A stretch of 64,000 nt of DNA from Laetmonice hystrix (Eukaryota): positions 48,982,001 through 49,046,000 of the forward strand of contig OZ249436.1 of assembly GCA_965235115.1 (NCBI GenBank). The letters run 5' to 3'. Positions 12,591 to 25,428 of the stretch are shown here, piece after piece. Below the pieces are notes generated by a model. The model made no database searches, was not told the DNA's origin, and worked only from the letters and a program-made list of their open reading frames with translations. The position numbers were made by a program, and so were the translations under genes. Each line of letters begins with the position of its first letter. Within the stretch, counting starts at the first letter, position 1.

Positions 12591-12748
12591 GGGCCCAGTT
12601 CGTAAAAACTTAGTTCGTAAAAACTTAACATCTTGCTTATGCTTAACCTTTTAACACTTTTGATTGGCTTTTGGTCTGCTTAGACCAGCCAATCAGAAGC
12701 GTTAGGCTTAAGCTTACGCCATATCTTAAGTTTTTACGAACTGGGCCC
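12591..12748. mobile_element. PIF/Harbinger-like MITE, abutting the previous one
   Basis: Perfect TIRs GGGCCCAGTTCGTAAAAACTTA / TAAGTTTTTACGAACTGGGCCC. Confidence 0.75.
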
Positions 12749-13729
12749 ATAATGCGTATTACAACTTGTGAAGCACAACTGCCTGTATAATTTATTGTTA
12801 TGTGTACAATTTATAGATAGCACCTTTGGCAATCAGTGCAACAGGTCATCATTGACGACATCACTGGACCGCTGTGTTAAAACTGTTCATTAACCAATTG
12901 ACTATCACTTGTTGACAAAACCTGCTGGCTCTATAATGTGTACCCGGTACCTGTCATTCACTGGAAACGATAAACACTTTAAATTAACTCTACGACCATC
13001 AGGCTTTTATGTTGATCAGATATAGGGATGAAGTTACTAAATCTCTGGCAATTAATGATCTGTATCGAACCAACTATGGACGTTTGGCGTCATAGGAGAA
13101 AGTACACATAACAGGAAATCTTGCTCCTAAATGACGGGTTGTGAAATGATTGTAGAGATACCAAATTGCTCGCGTTGTATTACCATAATCATCATACTCC
13201 ATAATGGAGTACAGTGACGCTTGTAGATACGCCCCGCGTGATGGGATAATGCTACAATTTACAAGGGGGAATTAGTTTATTCCACAGAACATCAACGTTG
13301 ACAGGAATGTTGCGATTTTATAACTTAATGGGTCATCTTTTGATAGATAATGACAGACGGTATGGTCAAGCCAACCTTCATTACGTATCAGTGGCGGGCT
13401 TGTACACGTGCTATCTAGGCCATCTCTGAACGTACTGCTACCCTGTATATTCGTTATGTGCGCGTTTTCAGCATGCAAGGCAAGTTCTAGTGAAAATACT
13501 AAGAAGGTCTCAAGGATGATTCTGCAACGGCAAGGCAGCGCGTGCACCAAGGTGATCTTACGGCAAGACGGCCTGTCGTACCAGAAGCGGCCTTCGCGAC
13601 AGCATGGAATTGCTGAGAAACACCACCCACTTACCAAAAGAAGAAAGGCGCTAGGGGGTTTGACGAGCCCAGTTGGACCACTGCATGACCAGTTACAACA
13701 GTAGGTTGTGTAAAAGCAGCACATTGGTG

Positions 13730-13782
13730 TTTTATGTACAAGTGACACTTCACCTGATTGGCTCTCACGTTACCATGGTGAC
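13730..13782 (-). promoter_or_regulatory. Candidate minus-strand promoter: RFX X-box, CCAAT box and TATA-like element
   Basis: GTTACCATGGTGAC (13769-13782), ATTGG (13757-13761), minus-strand CATAAAA (13730-13736), then a G|GTAAGT donor at 13634. Confidence 0.35.
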
Positions 13783-14287
13783 AACAACTAATGTGAGCAC
13801 TTTGACGTACGGTTGCTTCCAATGCTGGTAGCCTATTCCATTTGATACTTGCCTCCATGTAGTACAGTACTATTTATTAATCCATCATCATATCGTATGC
13901 ATGTGTATATATAATATAGAATTGTATTACTATAGTGATTATGTTGCCCTGTAGACGGGGGAGCATAACACAATTTAGTCATCACAGATGGGCAGTGTCT
14001 ATAGTCACTGATGTATACATATGTAGTATGTTATATATTACTGACTACTACATTTCTTCTGGTTAACAACCTGAAATCTATTATCTGAATCAACCGATGA
14101 TATATGCAGTGTCTTGTCTTTATGTGGAAGAACAATGTTTAAGTCAATTACATGTACCTTCATTTTAGATATATCAATGCCAGGCAGGGCTGAGTATTGT
14201 CGAACGGTTTTCACATTATTTGTGTCTCCCCCTTTGAAATCCCTCACGTCTTTAAGCTTACATATTAATATGAAGTAAATGCACCGT

Positions 14288-14847
14288 ATCTTTTCTCCTA
14301 ATTAGTTTCTTCCGGTTTTTCTGTGTGGAAGTAAACTTAAAACAGTCTACATGTATTCCTACGTACTGAATCTTTTCTCCTATAATCTTTTCTGTTAATT
14401 AGTTTCTTCCGGTTTTTCTGTGTGGAAGTGAACTTAAAACAGTCTACATGTATTCCTACGTACTGAATCTTTTCTCCTAATCTTTTCTCTTAATTAGTTT
14501 CTTCCGGTTTTTCTGTGTGGAAGTAAACTTAAAACAGTCTACATGTATTCCTACGTACTGAATATTTTCTCCTAATCTTTTCTCTTAATTAGTTTCTTCC
14601 GGTTTTTCTGTGTGGAAGTAAACTTAAAACAGTCTACATGTATTCCTACGTACTGAATCTTTTCTCCTAATCTTTTCTCTTAATTAGTTTCTTCCGGTTT
14701 TTCTGTGTGGAAGTAAACTTAAAACAGTCTACATGTATTCCTACGTACTGAATCTTTTCTCCTAATCTTTTCTCTTAATTAGTTTCTTCCGGTTTTTCTG
14801 TGTGGAAGTAAACTTAAAACAGTCTACATGTATTCCTACGTACTGAA
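14288..14847. repeat. 95-bp minisatellite, ~6 near-identical copies
   Basis: CTGAAT..TTTCTCCTAATC...GTCTACATGTATTCCTACGTA at 14463, 14558, 14653 etc. Confidence 0.95.
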
Positions 14848-17250
14848 CTCTGCATCCTTTCTTTCTACTTATTCTAGACTGAATTCTGACTCATCCTGAA
14901 TGAATATCTACAGGCTCTTGCCATTTTCTTCTTTAAGCAATTAATCTTCTGGGGGTGGAGGTGGCGTGTACAAACTTATGTATAACCATTAGGCCTACCT
15001 GTGGCATTTACATGTTGCATTTTTGTCATTTATTTATCTTCTGAACACATGGGCCGGATTCGTTTGCTTTATAGACATGCATTTATCCATAAATATGCCT
15101 CGCATCCCGCTTTAAAACTCAATGTTAAATATAGGCCTATTATCAAAAACACCCAAGAAACAAAACAAAACAAACTTCACGGCACTGCCCCACCATACTA
15201 AAACCTTTTCTAAACACCCATTTAAGGGTACTGAATAAAAAAAAAATCAGTGTCGCCCACTCCTAAATCGTGGTCATTGAGTCGGTGGGTGAAGGGGTGT
15301 TGGGCAACGACTCGTATCGTTGAAACAACACGCTGCTCTTGAACCTAGATTTGCGTTTTAGAAGACAGGCAGTCACCTTGAACATGGCAAGTGTATACAT
15401 GTCTCTCCTGAGTCTGGTGTTTGCTGGATACATACGAATCAAGGCGGAGACGCTTCAAGTGGGCTGAACACGAGGAAACAACAAATATATATGTCGCCAC
15501 AACCAATACGTCGACAGGGTGTTCAGTGCTGCCCACTACCGGGAATCTCTATTACAACTGATACAGTTGTCATATCGAGCGTCCGACAGATGGCAGCACC
15601 CTCCACGCTTTTGTTCCTCTTTGCACCTTCTCCTAAAATAAAGGGTTCTTAGGTAACACTAATACCAAGTTCTTATTCTCTCTCTCTCCTTGACATGTGG
15701 CTATTGGTATGCACATGGATACACTGCACTCATGACAACACTTTGCAGACCCACAGCATACAAAGCCTTTACAAGGATGTAAATCCTACTTTGACATGGA
15801 GTTGGGGCTTAGTCTAACTCTCTACACGTTTCCTTGAATCATCATGTGTTTAATTAAATGTAGCTGAAACCTAGCCAGCGCACATAGCGTAAATCACGTA
15901 GGTCTTCATATGTAGTCTGTGAATCTTACAGGAGTTGGATATTGTCTCAGGTGGGATAATATTGGAGAAACTGAGCTACGTCAATGCATGGCATGAGGTT
16001 TAATCTGTCGGCCTACAACGGAAAGTAGTTCTCTGTTACTTGTAACCTGAAGATAATGTTTTATGTTTATATGAGGTAGGATAAACTCTACGTTAATGTC
16101 TTCACTCAGAAAATCCTTCTTATTTAATTATTATATCTGAGTGAAAGACATCACCATCTCGTTGATGAAACCATGTGTGTGTTTCTTAGAACAATACAAA
16201 GTCATGTATATCTATAGTATCTCTCTTCAGTATCTTCCATTATCATGACAATGTGGGTAAAAACAATGTAACATAAAGCCAGAACTTCTTGTACTAGTAA
16301 TGTCGAACGCCCTTTCCGACTACTCTTCTCGGAATGAGTCCAACAAAATAAAACTAGGAGGCTATAATTGGCATTTCGTACTTCTCTATTTGTATCTTAT
16401 AATCTTATATTGTGGTAGTTAATTTATCTTTACTTTATTCTTCTCTTTATTAGCCTGTACGAGTGCTCCAACTCATGATCAGTTATTTCATTAAATTAAC
16501 TAACTAACATAAACCCTGTTCAGTTCATACCATAAAAAGGTAGAAGTTACGGTTCATCACATGGTGTGCACTCAGTACCTCTGTGTAGATCGTCCGTAAC
16601 GGTAGTTTTAATGTTAATTTTGGGTCAGAGTGCCTCCGCAGGAAAACTGCCCTCAATGGCAGGATTTTCCTGCTCGCATCTTTCTGTACGATCTATCCAT
16701 TGTACTTGAGCTTCAGACGTTATGGACATAATGATGAAATTAATGTACAGAATGTAACGATGATGCCGTTTTAATAAGGATATAATTAATCGGACGGTAG
16801 TGATGCACTAGATATCTTACTGACCTTTAGGTGGGACTAAAGGTCACGGTCGTAGGGCTTCCTTGTATAACCAAATGTTGTTCGTATACATATCTATATA
16901 CTATCCTTCATAAACGATGATGAGTCCTGCATTAAACAGTACATGGTATCGTATACATTCTACCACAGATTTTACAGTCGTTGGTTTCGAGTCATGAATA
17001 ACTGAATGATGCTTTAACTTTAAAGAAAACACACTACGTAACTTGAGAAGAGATCCTGTTTCATTCTTTACAATCTATCTTGGTGAGTGATGCTCCCTCT
17101 GTCACATGATACAAAATAACGTATCCTGTAGTTCTGCGATCGCTGCAGGAAACCAGACTAAGCAACGATTCGAACAGCATCTTTCTCACATAACGAAGGA
17201 AGGAGATTCGAGGTGACAGGCCCCGTGACAGCCAGAGACTTACTGAGGTC

Positions 17251-17560
17251 ATCGTCTAACCTAATCATCCTCTATCAATGTACAATTGAATACCCCTGTC
17301 AGCATGTCCTCAGGCTGAACTGTAAATGTCAGTAGAAACCTACAGGCAAGCAATCGTCTAACCCACTCCTCCTCTATCAATGTACGATTGAATACCCCTG
17401 TATGCATGTCCTCAGGCTAAACTGTAAAGGCCAGTAGAGACCTACAGGCAAGCAATCGTCTAACCCACTCCTCCTCTAGGCCTATTAATGTACAATTGAA
17501 TACCCCTGTCAGCATGTCCTTAATCTGAACTGTAAATGTCAGGAGAGACCTACAGGCAAG
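17251..17560. repeat. ~102-bp tandem repeat, 3 copies
   Basis: ATCGTCTAACC...CCTACAGGCAAG at 17251, 17353, 17455. Confidence 0.9.
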
Positions 17561-20500
17561 GTGCCAAATAATACTTCAAATTAACTTCAAATCTTCAAAT
17601 CAACTTTTGCATCTTGACCTTGATTTGTTTTCACTAAGCTTATTGAAATATGACCTTAAGTTGTCTAAGCTTATTGAAATATGACCTTGAGTTGCCCTTC
17701 ACAGGGCAAACTGGCAAAAATGCTAAGGCCAAAGACTGAGTGAAACTCCGTATACGAAAGTTTACTCTACGGAAGTTTTAAAGTTACGTTCCACATTTTC
17801 AAGAAAGATCTACTGGTACTTGTGACTGTCACTAAAAGGTACGACTGAATGTGTCAACAGAAATCTCATGCGACTTCCAAGCCTTGATCAGAAAACCCTT
17901 ACTGACACGGAATTCAAGATCTTCGTGTAATACAGTACATTGTTTGGATAATTCAACAGAATAAAGACCTGCAGAATTCCAAGTTTAAATTCTTACATTC
18001 AGCTTTCTCTACATGACCGCAGTTTATAGCAAACTCATCTTCACTTTAATCCTGCTCTATTATTTAATAGAGGTCCTACCACATAACAGTATAAGTATGA
18101 GGAGCGAAAATGGCTTCAACATTACTATTCGACAGACGTGTGCGTTTAAAAACTGCACCGCTGAACAGGAAATATCCCACTCGATTAATAAATAACAGGT
18201 TATTAGAAATGAAGTAACCAATCGTTGTCACAAAGAATACGAGATAGTTTCAGAGCTAGGATTTCAATGCATCGTAGGAGTACTATCGCTCCTCCTTATA
18301 ATTATGTTCACAGCCCAAGTTGTAGTCGCAGTAGTAGGAGAGAAGGACGAAACGGTAGCAGCTGAAGTAGGCTACCAGTTTAGTAAGAGTGTAGACAAAA
18401 GAATATTGTACATTAGTACTGGTTAACAGTACAAGATAGAAAGAGGCAGTTATATTACCAATGGCAGTAGCAGTTGTAGTAACGTCGTTTAGAGTAATCA
18501 TACTTAATAGAACGCTGACTTTGTGCCCCACACAAAGATTCCCTATTCTCATCTAATATATAAATAGAGTTGTATACATCCATACGTATATGTCTGTATG
18601 TCTTAGATGATTATCACTTTTCATCCCGTAATATTCATGGCACATATTATTAGGTTCGAGTTATATGCTGAAGATGAATGTACTGATACCAAGTTGTGGA
18701 ATGCAGATCATGACGAAGATGTCTCATAAGTTACTGATATGATTATGGATATTAAGGTGACAAACTGGAAGTGACAGGTAACGTTTGGGTATACCAGTCA
18801 CCTGGCAGGATGTTTGCAGACAGACAAATCATTATCCATGGTTTTATCTGTTACTTACATGACCCGTTTCATTGTATTTAACTTCCAGATATAATGAAAT
18901 GAGAGGCGAATTTCTTAGTACCACTATATGTATTAGTTTTCCTACGATATACCTACGTAATTAAATTCTGATGATGGTGAGAAGAACCATACAGTTCTGG
19001 TAACAATGCTGTTTCCTGATTGGTCGACCTGCGAAGTGATATTTGCTGAGTTAGATCAGGCAGTTTGTAAAGTGTTTCCTTAAGTTCGCCCTGGGAGCTC
19101 TTACTAAGCTACTTATCTGCTCGGAGTGATATTGTTACGGTAATACCCTACCTGTTTTCATGTACAACCGGGACTATATATTATTAATGAGTGGTATTAA
19201 AGTTACCAATATCATATGATGGGATCAATATGTTACCAATATCCTATGATGGTATCAACATCAGTCTGTTATATGAGAGTGTGACGATCTAGAGAACGTT
19301 TTACGAGTCCCTGACCAGGCCTATATATTGCCATGATACCCTATGTTGGTCCTAATTTTGAAATCAAGAACCTAAATAACATTTGCAGGAAACTGTAATC
19401 GAGCTTTTACCTTGCCAAACATGTGTAATAAGGGCACTATTTGGTTAAAACTCGCACGTCAATACAGATAAAGAGATACGATATCTTGGACGAGAGTGGT
19501 GTTTGTCTGTCTCATGATTTCATACTCACTAATCAACTTCAGAGTCCTACAGTATTCTATTCCACATGTAGCATAGATAATATAAGCCTTTTGTTTTAAA
19601 TATACCGGTAAGCCATTTGATCATTTTATCATCTTTTTGGTAATAATCACAATTATGATATTAATCATTAATAGGTGGATTCTTAATTGCAAGTTTTGCT
19701 AATAGAGCGTTTTAATTAACAGTGCGCTGACAATAGCTAACAACCTAAGCACTAGGTACCGGTCAGGATAAAATGCCTGACTGATTTGTCTAAAGTTGAT
19801 ATGTGATCTATTTAAGTAACCAAACCAATGAATAATTTTCCAATCCCTTATTCCACTGTAAATGCTGTGTTCCTTGAATACCAGTTGTAATCTTTTCCGC
19901 ATTTTTGCACAATGCTGCACGTTAAACGCATGGACAAGGCCACATGTCTGCAGTGACCACAATCCTTTAACGTCCTGATTGCAAAAAATAACAGAATGTA
20001 TTCTTTTCCAGTCCTACAGGGAGTCGCAATAATAATAGAGTTACACATAATGAAACCCCCCATAAAAAAAACAAGCAGTTTTAAAGTTTTAAACGAGTTC
20101 ATGAAAACGTTGATCGGGTTTTAAGCAAATTTTCTATACAACCTGAATCACATTTGCAGTCAACAGCCTATAGACGTATAGATAATGTTAAAAAGTCAGC
20201 TGTGTAGGCTACATATGTGAGTAAGTTTCAGAAAATTGCACATTACCCATTGTTCAAAGACATTTCTTTTGAGTGTAGACTGAGTTTTTCCTATTTCAAG
20301 ACCTTGATTATGAATTATGAATGCGTATTGTAATGTATAACATGCTTTGCATATTTGAGTGCCTGCAATTTATACTCCATAATCTTGGCGTAGAATACTC
20401 CTATGGAAAAGTACCTCTTAATAAAAGTTTTATACACATGTCTATTTCAAATCTACGCATTGCCTTCCTGACAACTGAGTTAAAAGTAGATATATTATGT

Positions 20501-21012
20501 CAAGGAAAGCATGAAAAGGAAATGCTTATACATAAATTGTACAATGGACATTACAAATATTACCATACAGTAACTCCTCTAGGTTACATACAACTCTAGG
20601 ATTATTACACAGAATTATTTTCCTTCAAAGAAATTCAGTAATAATGTACCTTTTAATTATGTCTATTACCGTTGATATTATGAAAATGACCACCACCACC
20701 AGAAATTGTAGGCTTATGAATACAGTCTAGATCACTTTGCATTTAAATGTCAATCTTTTTAAAAGGTAAATCAATATTTATAATAATTATCATGATCCCT
20801 TTAATTACAGACCATTTAAAGTCGAAAAAAACTAGTTTCACAGACCACTTGATGGGCCACTAGCCCCTCCATTCTAGATGTATATATATGTGCCAGAAGG
20901 CAGCCTTAATAGTGTGCAGCCAACTACTGCTCCTCAATTCACACTTTGCTATAAAAGCAAATCGACTAGCGGTAGCTACTGTGGCCCAGCTGTCTGATCA
21001 AAACCAATGTAA

Positions 21013-21169
21013 TCATGAGAGCTGGTCAAGCATTGCTTTGATTGATACCTTGATAGCCGAGGCAAGTTGTGTGGCTGTGTAAGGCTTGTTTAGTGGAGGA
21101 ACGTGGATAAACGCTGTATTGGATGTGCTGATGTTCAGGGACGTGAAGTAGATGAAGTCGCAGAGATAT
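21013..21169 (-). CDS. PGPEP1: PGPEP1 coding exon 4 (YLCDFIY...MLDQLS*)
   Basis: 157 nt, acceptor ttttctttcag, catalytic Cys and His, TGA stop. Confidence 0.93.
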
Positions 21170-24100
21170 CTGAAAGAAAAGTCAAAATGTAAATTGACAT
21201 GCAGGGTTCCCATGCTCTTTTCCCAGGGTTTTCCCTAGTTATCCCATTGTTTTCAAGGCTGCTCTACAGTAGGGTTTCTGTAGATGGTACTCAGCACAAA
21301 AATTATACAAAATGTGGTGGTATACTTGGCAGCCTCAGTTCGTCGCCATAAGTCAGTCCTGATATATTTTAGGCATCGCTCATCATTACTACAGTCCTAT
21401 TGTTATGATTATTGTGAAACAGTAATTTCATATATCAAACATTCACCCTACTACCAGAGGTGTAGGGGTGACTTAGGTTTGCAATTTTTGGACTTGAACG
21501 ATTGGTTTCCACTCTCTCTGCCAAATTTAGGCTTTTGTTTCATGCATACCTTTTCAATCATAATTCTGCACATAAATTTGGGCTATGAAAAAAATTGTTA
21601 GGAAAGTACCCTGCCAATACGTTACACCCCTGTCGGCAAATATCTTGGCTACTACTTGCCTGAATTGCAAGTGAAGTTGGTAGCCTTTTTTTTTAAGCTC
21701 TGTAAAAGTCATAAAATGTTAGATGTTTACATACTGTATGCAAGACAAGACCTTACCGTCCTGGGTCTCTAGACACTATTGCCTCCACTCCGCACACCGA
21801 CTTGTTAACAGCCTCCTGCACTCTCTTCATATCGAGCTGTGAAACGAGACAACACGTGGCCCCGCCTACACACAGACTGTCCCCTGGGCATTTACCCCGA
21901 ACGTCACACTTGTCATAGCCATTGTTGTGTGCCTGCTGCTCTAGTGTTAACTCTTTAGCAATTCCAGACACTCCAACGTGAACAGTCAACTGGAAGAAAT
22001 CAACAATGACATAAGGAAGCTGTGATCGTTGCAAAACTTGGGTGTAAAAACTGTAAAAAGACAGGTGCGGTGCTTCGCCCCTCCCATGCTGAATCTGCCC
22101 TGCCCCTTCCAAAACTCACGCAACCCCTAAAAATCCACCGTCCTGAACCCCACAACCACAAGTCAGTTTCTGTCCAAAATGTCATCCAGTTTATGTGAAA
22201 AAACCAAAAGAATATTTATGGAGAATTTTTTGAACAGTAGAAACAGTATGTGGTGTTTTCCATAATATGTATGTCATAACAATATAGAAATTTTAATAAT
22301 GAAAATTGTGAATGGCCCCCTCAAAAACCCCTCCCCGGGCTCTGTTGCTGCGCTCCCTCGCTGCCCTTTTCTTTCTTGACACCCTATACTACCCCTTTCA
22401 TACCCTAGCTAGGGGTCTAGAAACTAATCTGGTTTTAGTTTAATTGCCCTCACAAAGTACCTCTGGGTGACTTTCCAGGAGTCTATGGACCCAGTATTTT
22501 CTGACTGAAATCTTTGGACAACTCACGTCTTTTAATTTTATATAAAATAGCTAAAGATTTTCACAGCCTTAACATGTACTCCCTATTATGCTAAGACAAT
22601 ACTTACATGAGGCTTGTGTTGGTGGCGTAACTGTGGCACCGTGGAGCGTACAGCATCATACTCAACAGGTATCTCCTTGATAACAAGGTCAACTTCATTG
22701 GCCACTCCCATCTTTTCTAATTCTTGTACTGCAACCCAACTCGCATTGACAATATGGTTCCCGAATGGCCCAAAACCTAGATCAAAAAGGAAATCACATG
22801 GTACATGTAAATTCTAATATTTTAAATGTTAACAACTTTTAATTTTGTCATGCATATTTGTTTCCTTACAGGGTATCAAATAATGCAAAAGAGACCACGC
22901 TGGAGGAATTACAAAGTTACTGTTAGTGTTACTATTATTTGATAGTGGACGTTTTACATGTCAGCCTCTTGCATTTTGGCCAAAATTCTGCATGTATGCA
23001 CTATCAAATTATTCAGTTTTATAGCTTTGGTTGCATTTTGCTTTCCTTATAAAATAGTGTTGTAATGACAGGGCTCGACAAAACCTACGTCTGATCGTCC
23101 GAGACGATTAGAATATGTCTCTGGGCAAGTAAAATTTAAGGTTTGTGTAGTACATAAATTCATTTGTATGTCTTAGTTACTACTTGCCCGAAGGGCAAGT
23201 TCGGGCCAGTAAAACTGGTAGATCTTTTTCAAGCCCTGAATGATAAAGTATCTTTTTAAAGTAAGGTCATTTAAAAGACTTTTTGAAAAACTTAATAACT
23301 GGTAAATTACAGTGGTAATTGAATAAAAAGTGCTTTTGGGGATCAACATCCTATGTCAGACATATTAAAGGAAATCACCAGAACATGTATGTACATTGGT
23401 TCAGTCAGAGCTACATTCTTACCAGAACATGTATACAACAGCTCAGTCAGAGCTACCTTCAGAACATACATACAGCGGCTCAGTCAGAGCTACCTTCAGA
23501 ACATACATACAGCAGCTCAGTCAGAGCTACCTTCAGAACATACATACAGCAGCTCAGTCAGAGCTACCTTCAGAACATACATACAGCGGCTCAGTCAGAG
23601 CTACCTTCAGAACATACATACAGCGGCTCAGTCAGAGCTACCTTCAGAACATACATACAGCAGCTCAGTCAGAGCTACCTTCAGAACATACATACAGCAG
23701 CTCAGTCAGAGCTACCTTCAGAACGTACATACAGCAGCTCAGTCAGAGCTACCTTCAGAACATACATACAGCAGCTCAGTCAGAGCTACCTTCAGAACAT
23801 ACATACAGCAGCTCAGTCAGAGCTACCTTCAGAACATACATACAGTGGCTCAGTCAGAGCTACCTTCAGAACGTACATACAGCAGCTCAGTCAGAGCTAC
23901 CTTCAGAACATACATACAGCAGCTCAGTCAGAGCTACCTTCAGAACATACATACAGCAGCTCAGTCAGAGCTACCTTCAGAACATATACAGTGGCTCAGT
24001 CAGAGCTACCTTCAGAACGTACATACAGCAGCTCAGTCAGAGCTACCTTCAGAACATACATACAGCAGCTCAGTCAGAGCTACCTTCAGAACATACATAC

Positions 24101-25428
24101 AGCAGCTCAGTCAGAGCTACCTTCAGAACATACATACAGCAGCTCAGTCAGAGCTACCTTCAGAACATACATACAGCGGCTCAGTCAGAGCTACCTTCAG
24201 AACATACATACAGCAGCTCAGTCAGAGCTACCTTCAGAACATACATACAGCGGCTCAGTCAGAGCTACCTTCAGAACATACATACAGCGGCTCAGTCAGA
24301 GCTACCTTCAGAACATACATACAGCGGCTCAGTCAGAGCTACCTTCAGAACATACATACAGCGGCTCAGTCAGAGCTACCTTCAGAACATACATACAGCG
24401 GCTCAGTCAGAGCTACCTTCAGAACATACATACAGCAGCTCAGTCAGAGCTACCTTCAGAACATACATACAGCAGCTCAGTCAGAGCTACCTTCAGAACA
24501 TACATACAGCGGCTCAGTCAGAGCTACCTTCAGAACGTACATACAGCAGCTCAGTCAGAGCTACCTTCAGAACATACATACAGCAGCTCAGTCAGAGCTA
24601 CCTTCAGAACGTACATACAGCAGCTCAGTCAGAGCTACCTTCAGAACATACATACAGCGGCTCAGTCAGAGCTACCTTCAGAACGTACATACAGCAGCTC
24701 AGTCAGAGCTACCTTCAGAACATACATACAGCAGCTGTCAGAGCTACCTTCAGAACATACATACAGCAGCTCAGTCAGAGCTACCTTCAGAACATACATA
24801 CAGTGGCTCAGTCAGAGCTACCTTCAGAACGTACATACAGCAGCTCAGTCAGAGCTACCTTCAGAACATACATACAGCAGCTCAGTCAGAGCTACCTTCA
24901 GAACATACATACAGCAGCTCAGTCAGAGCTACCTTCAGAACATACATACAGTGGCTCAGTCAGAGCTACCTTCAGATACAGCAGCTCAGTCAGAGCTACC
25001 TTCAGATACAGCAGCTCAGTCAGAGCTACCTTCAGATACAGCAGCTCAGTCAGAGCTACCTTCAGATACAGCAGCTCAGTCAGAGCTACCTTCAGATACA
25101 GCAGCTCGGTCAGAGCTACCTTCAGAACATACATACAGCGGCTCAGTCAGAGCTACTTTCTTACCAGAAAACTTCAGCAGGAAAGGCAGGTTACATAAAT
25201 CACAATTAGCACAGGGAAGTAAAACTCAAAGAAAGATCAGAATAAGGTGGTGAACTGCCTGATTGGTGGAATGCTTTATAACTAACAACCGGTACCATAC
25301 ATTCTCTATTGGAAGCTGCACTGCAGGAGTTTTGTACATTCCCTGAGCAATGCTAAACAGTTTGCTAACACAGAATAGCACTTACCTGTTACGAGAACAG
25401 TTTTCTTCTCAGTTGCAAAATCCCCCAT
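21013..25428 (-). CDS. PGPEP1: Pyroglutamyl-peptidase I (peptidase C15), 4 coding exons, 603 nt / 200 aa
   Basis: Exons 25428-25386, 22776-22607, 21989-21757 and 21169-21013 join in frame via GT-AG introns: TVLVTGFGPFGNHIVNASWVAVQEL..VHVGVSG..LEQQAHN..DPGRYLCDFIY..AFIHVPP. Catalytic Glu, Cys and His intact. Confidence 0.95.
21757..21989 (-). CDS. PGPEP1: PGPEP1 coding exon 3 (LTVHVGVSG...SRDPG-R)
   Basis: 233 nt, acceptor tttcttccag, donor GTAAGG. Confidence 0.93.
22607..22776 (-). CDS. PGPEP1: PGPEP1 coding exon 2 (GFGPFGNH...HQHKPH)
   Basis: 170 nt, acceptor tttttgatctag, donor GTAAGT. Confidence 0.93.
23069..23238. mobile_element. hAT-like MITE with 5-bp target-site duplication
   Basis: CAGGGCTCGA...TCAAGCCCTG flanked by AATGA on both sides. 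Confidence 0.65.
23400..25160. repeat. 37-bp minisatellite (~47 copies, ending in several 30-bp variant units) in a PGPEP1 intron
   Basis: Unit AGCTCAGTCAGAGCTACCTTCAGAACATACATACAGC; variant CAGAGCTACCTTCAGATACAGCAGCTCAGT at ~24960-25110. Confidence 0.97.
25386..25428 (-). CDS. PGPEP1: PGPEP1 coding exon 1 (MGDFATEKKTVLVT-G); exon acceptor at 25465
   Basis: Acceptor tttttcctag, aacATGG start, donor G|GTAAGT phase 1. Confidence 0.88.

Noticed and set aside
13272..13748. 158-aa Cys-rich minus-strand ORF
   Set aside because: No recognisable domain or convincing splice context
15384..15467. 27-aa signal-peptide-like ORF MASVYMSLLSLVFAGYIRIKAETLQVG
   Set aside because: Weak donor and no compatible downstream exon found
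23319..25253. Three ~600-aa ORFs, and a CRISPR-like 37-bp repeat
   Set aside because: ORFs in all three frames arise from a stop-free tandem unit; there are no unique spacers or cas genes and the array lies in a eukaryotic intron
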